64,000 nt of DNA from positions 7,256,001 through 7,320,000 of the forward strand of contig CM119372.1 of NCBI GenBank assembly GCA_051294905.1, in the 5' to 3' direction. Of the stretch, positions 62,296 to 64,000 are shown piece by piece. This DNA comes from Botryllus schlosseri. Taxonomy: Eukaryota. Both the position numbers and the translations under genes were made by a program. Within the stretch, counting starts at the first letter, position 1; every line of letters begins with the position of its first letter. Under the pieces are notes generated by a model that did no database searches, was not told the DNA's origin, and saw only the letters and a program-made list of their open reading frames with translations.

Positions 62296-63732
62296 ATGTC
62301 TTCCTACATTACGGATAAAGCGTATATCAACGGCGTATGGTGCCCAACGGCAACCACCTTTGAAGTGACGAATCCATTTTCCGGTGAAGTGATAGGAAAG
62401 GCAGCCAATTGTGATGAAGCATTGACAAAAACGGCAATTGAAGCAGCGAGCAAGGCGTTCGTTGCATGGAAAGGTTTAACAGCCAGGGAAAGAGCCGTCA
62501 TATTTAGCAAATGGACGGATTTAATCCTTTCTGAGAAGCAAGCACTTGGCGAATTGATAACTTTAGAAAATGGAAAGCCTTTAGCACAATCTATCGGGGA
62601 GATCGCGTACGCTGCAAGTTTTGTTGAGTGGTGCTTGGAAGAAGGGAGAAGAACCTATGGAATCACTGTACCCAGTCCGCATCCGTCAAAGCGAATGATG
62701 ACTATCAAACAGCCGATAGGTGTAGTGTCGATGATAACGCCATGGAATTTTCCCGCGGCCATGGCTACGAGAAAGGCTTGCGCCGCACTAGCGGCTGGCT
62801 GTACAGTTGTGTTGAAGCCTTCAGAAGAAGCACCCTTTTCGGCACTCGCACTGGCGCGCCTTGGGCAGCAGGCGGGGATTCCACCTGGCGTTTTTAATGT
62901 GATACCGACATCCCGCGCCAATGTCGCGCAAGTCGGGACCGTTTTATGTACTCATCCGTTGGTTGCAGCAGTCTCTTTCACTGGATCGACGGACACTGGG
63001 AAAATTATCCTGAAGCATGCGGCTTCAACGGTGAAGAAAGTCGCGTTAGAACTTGGCGGCTTAGCGCCACTCCTCGTATTCGATTCTTGTGACTTGCAGA
63101 AGGCCGTCCAAGGAGTCATGGCTTCCAAGTTCCGATATTCTGGCCAGACATGCGTGTGCTCAAATAGAATTCTAGTACAGTCCGGTATTCACGACAAGTT
63201 CGTTGCTGCTTTGAAAGATGCCATGGAAAAAGAATTGGTACTGGGTGATGGCATGAAACCTACCACCACCATCGGCCCATTGATCAACGAAGCAGGCTTG
63301 CGAAAGGTGTCTGATCAGGTTAAGGATGCAATTGATAACGGTGCTACATTGGTTACCGGTGGTCAAGCAGTGGGTAGAAATATGTTCGAACCAACGTTGA
63401 TTACAAGCGTCAAGACCTCAATGAAATGTTTCAACGAGGAAACATTCGGGCCGCTCGCCCCAATATACAAATTTGACACCGAGGAGGAGGCATTGTCCAT
63501 AGCAAATAACACAGATACTGGCTTGGCGAGCTACCTGTTCTCGGGTGACGTCAGCCAGTGCTGGAGAATTGCAGAAAAATTGGAAACTGGTATTGTTGGA
63601 ATTAATGAAGGCCTGTTCAGTGTTCCGGAGGCTCCTTTTGGGGGATTCAAGGAATCTGGATTAGGCAGAGAAGGATCGACGTGTGCTTTGGACGAATTTA
63701 TGGAGATAAAATATATGTGTTGGGGAATATGA
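62296..63732 (+). CDS. ALDH5A1: Succinate-semialdehyde dehydrogenase (ALDH family 5), intronless, 478 aa
   Basis: ITPWNFP, KPSEEAP, SFTGST, catalytic Glu in LELGGLAP, catalytic Cys in GQTCVCSN, EETFGP, PFGGFKESGLGREGS, and ASKFRxxGQ as in SSADH. Confidence 0.93.
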   Translation: MSSYITDKAYINGVWCPTATTFEVTNPFSGEVIGKAANCDEALTKTAIEAASKAFVAWKGLTARERAVIFSKWTDLILSEKQALGELITLENGKPLAQSIGEIAYAASFVEWCLEEGRRTYGITVPSPHPSKRMMTIKQPIGVVSMITPWNFPAAMATRKACAALAAGCTVVLKPSEEAPFSALALARLGQQAGIPPGVFNVIPTSRANVAQVGTVLCTHPLVAAVSFTGSTDTGKIILKHAASTVKKVALELGGLAPLLVFDSCDLQKAVQGVMASKFRYSGQTCVCSNRILVQSGIHDKFVAALKDAMEKELVLGDGMKPTTTIGPLINEAGLRKVSDQVKDAIDNGATLVTGGQAVGRNMFEPTLITSVKTSMKCFNEETFGPLAPIYKFDTEEEALSIANNTDTGLASYLFSGDVSQCWRIAEKLETGIVGINEGLFSVPEAPFGGFKESGLGREGSTCALDEFMEIKYMCWGI

Positions 63733-64000
63733 TACACTTACTGCGTCAGTAACTTGTCAATTACATTTGTCAAATTAAATCTGAATCGAATCAACTGATT
63801 GTACGAGTGAGGGCAGTGGGAATCATGCTTACGGTTGACTTTAGTTTGGCCTGCATCTAAACGGACTCTTACGTTAGTCGTGTCGATCCAGTTAATGATT
63901 AAGCTGGAAATATTACCGTCATATATTTGCAGACAATCAGCTGCCAGGTCGCACTGAAATTTGGAGGTTAACGAATTCGAAAACGGCTCTAGTTACACTC

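Noticed and set aside
62296..63732. Bacterial contamination or HGT (gabD)
   Set aside because: Metazoan-type motifs and eukaryotic repeat context; no operon or RBS evidence
62304..63737. Antisense and alternate-frame ORFs overlapping SSADH, and most short ORFs in the track
   Set aside because: Shadows of real exons, or chance ORFs within repeats

Overview
AT-rich, intron-containing animal DNA. The many 50-70 bp introns suggest an invertebrate chordate such as an ascidian, but that is inference. Three protein genes can be supported. (1) A 33-exon mannose-receptor-family C-type lectin receptor of ~1588 aa on + (7296-30297), assembled by hand with all intron phases consistent. Its architecture is unusual: signal peptide - S/T linker - fibronectin type II - CTLD1 - KRINGLE - CTLD2-6 - ShKT - CTLD7-8 - TM - acidic tail, with no ricin-type domain and one GC-AG intron. 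(2) A multi-exon, atypical class A GPCR on - (~36197-51762) that keeps LxxxD and NPxxY but lacks DRY. (3) An intronless metazoan-type succinate-semialdehyde dehydrogenase on + (62296-63732). The rest is packed with non-autonomous DNA transposons (hAT-type with 8-bp TSDs, P-superfamily-like with 7-bp TSDs, Kolobok-like with TTAA, Chapaev3-like remnants, a foldback element), a tRNA-derived SINE and LINE fragments. Several form multi-level nests whose insertion order can be read from the TSDs. No rRNA, genuine tRNA or CRISPR array was found. Everything was derived by eye and no database search was run.
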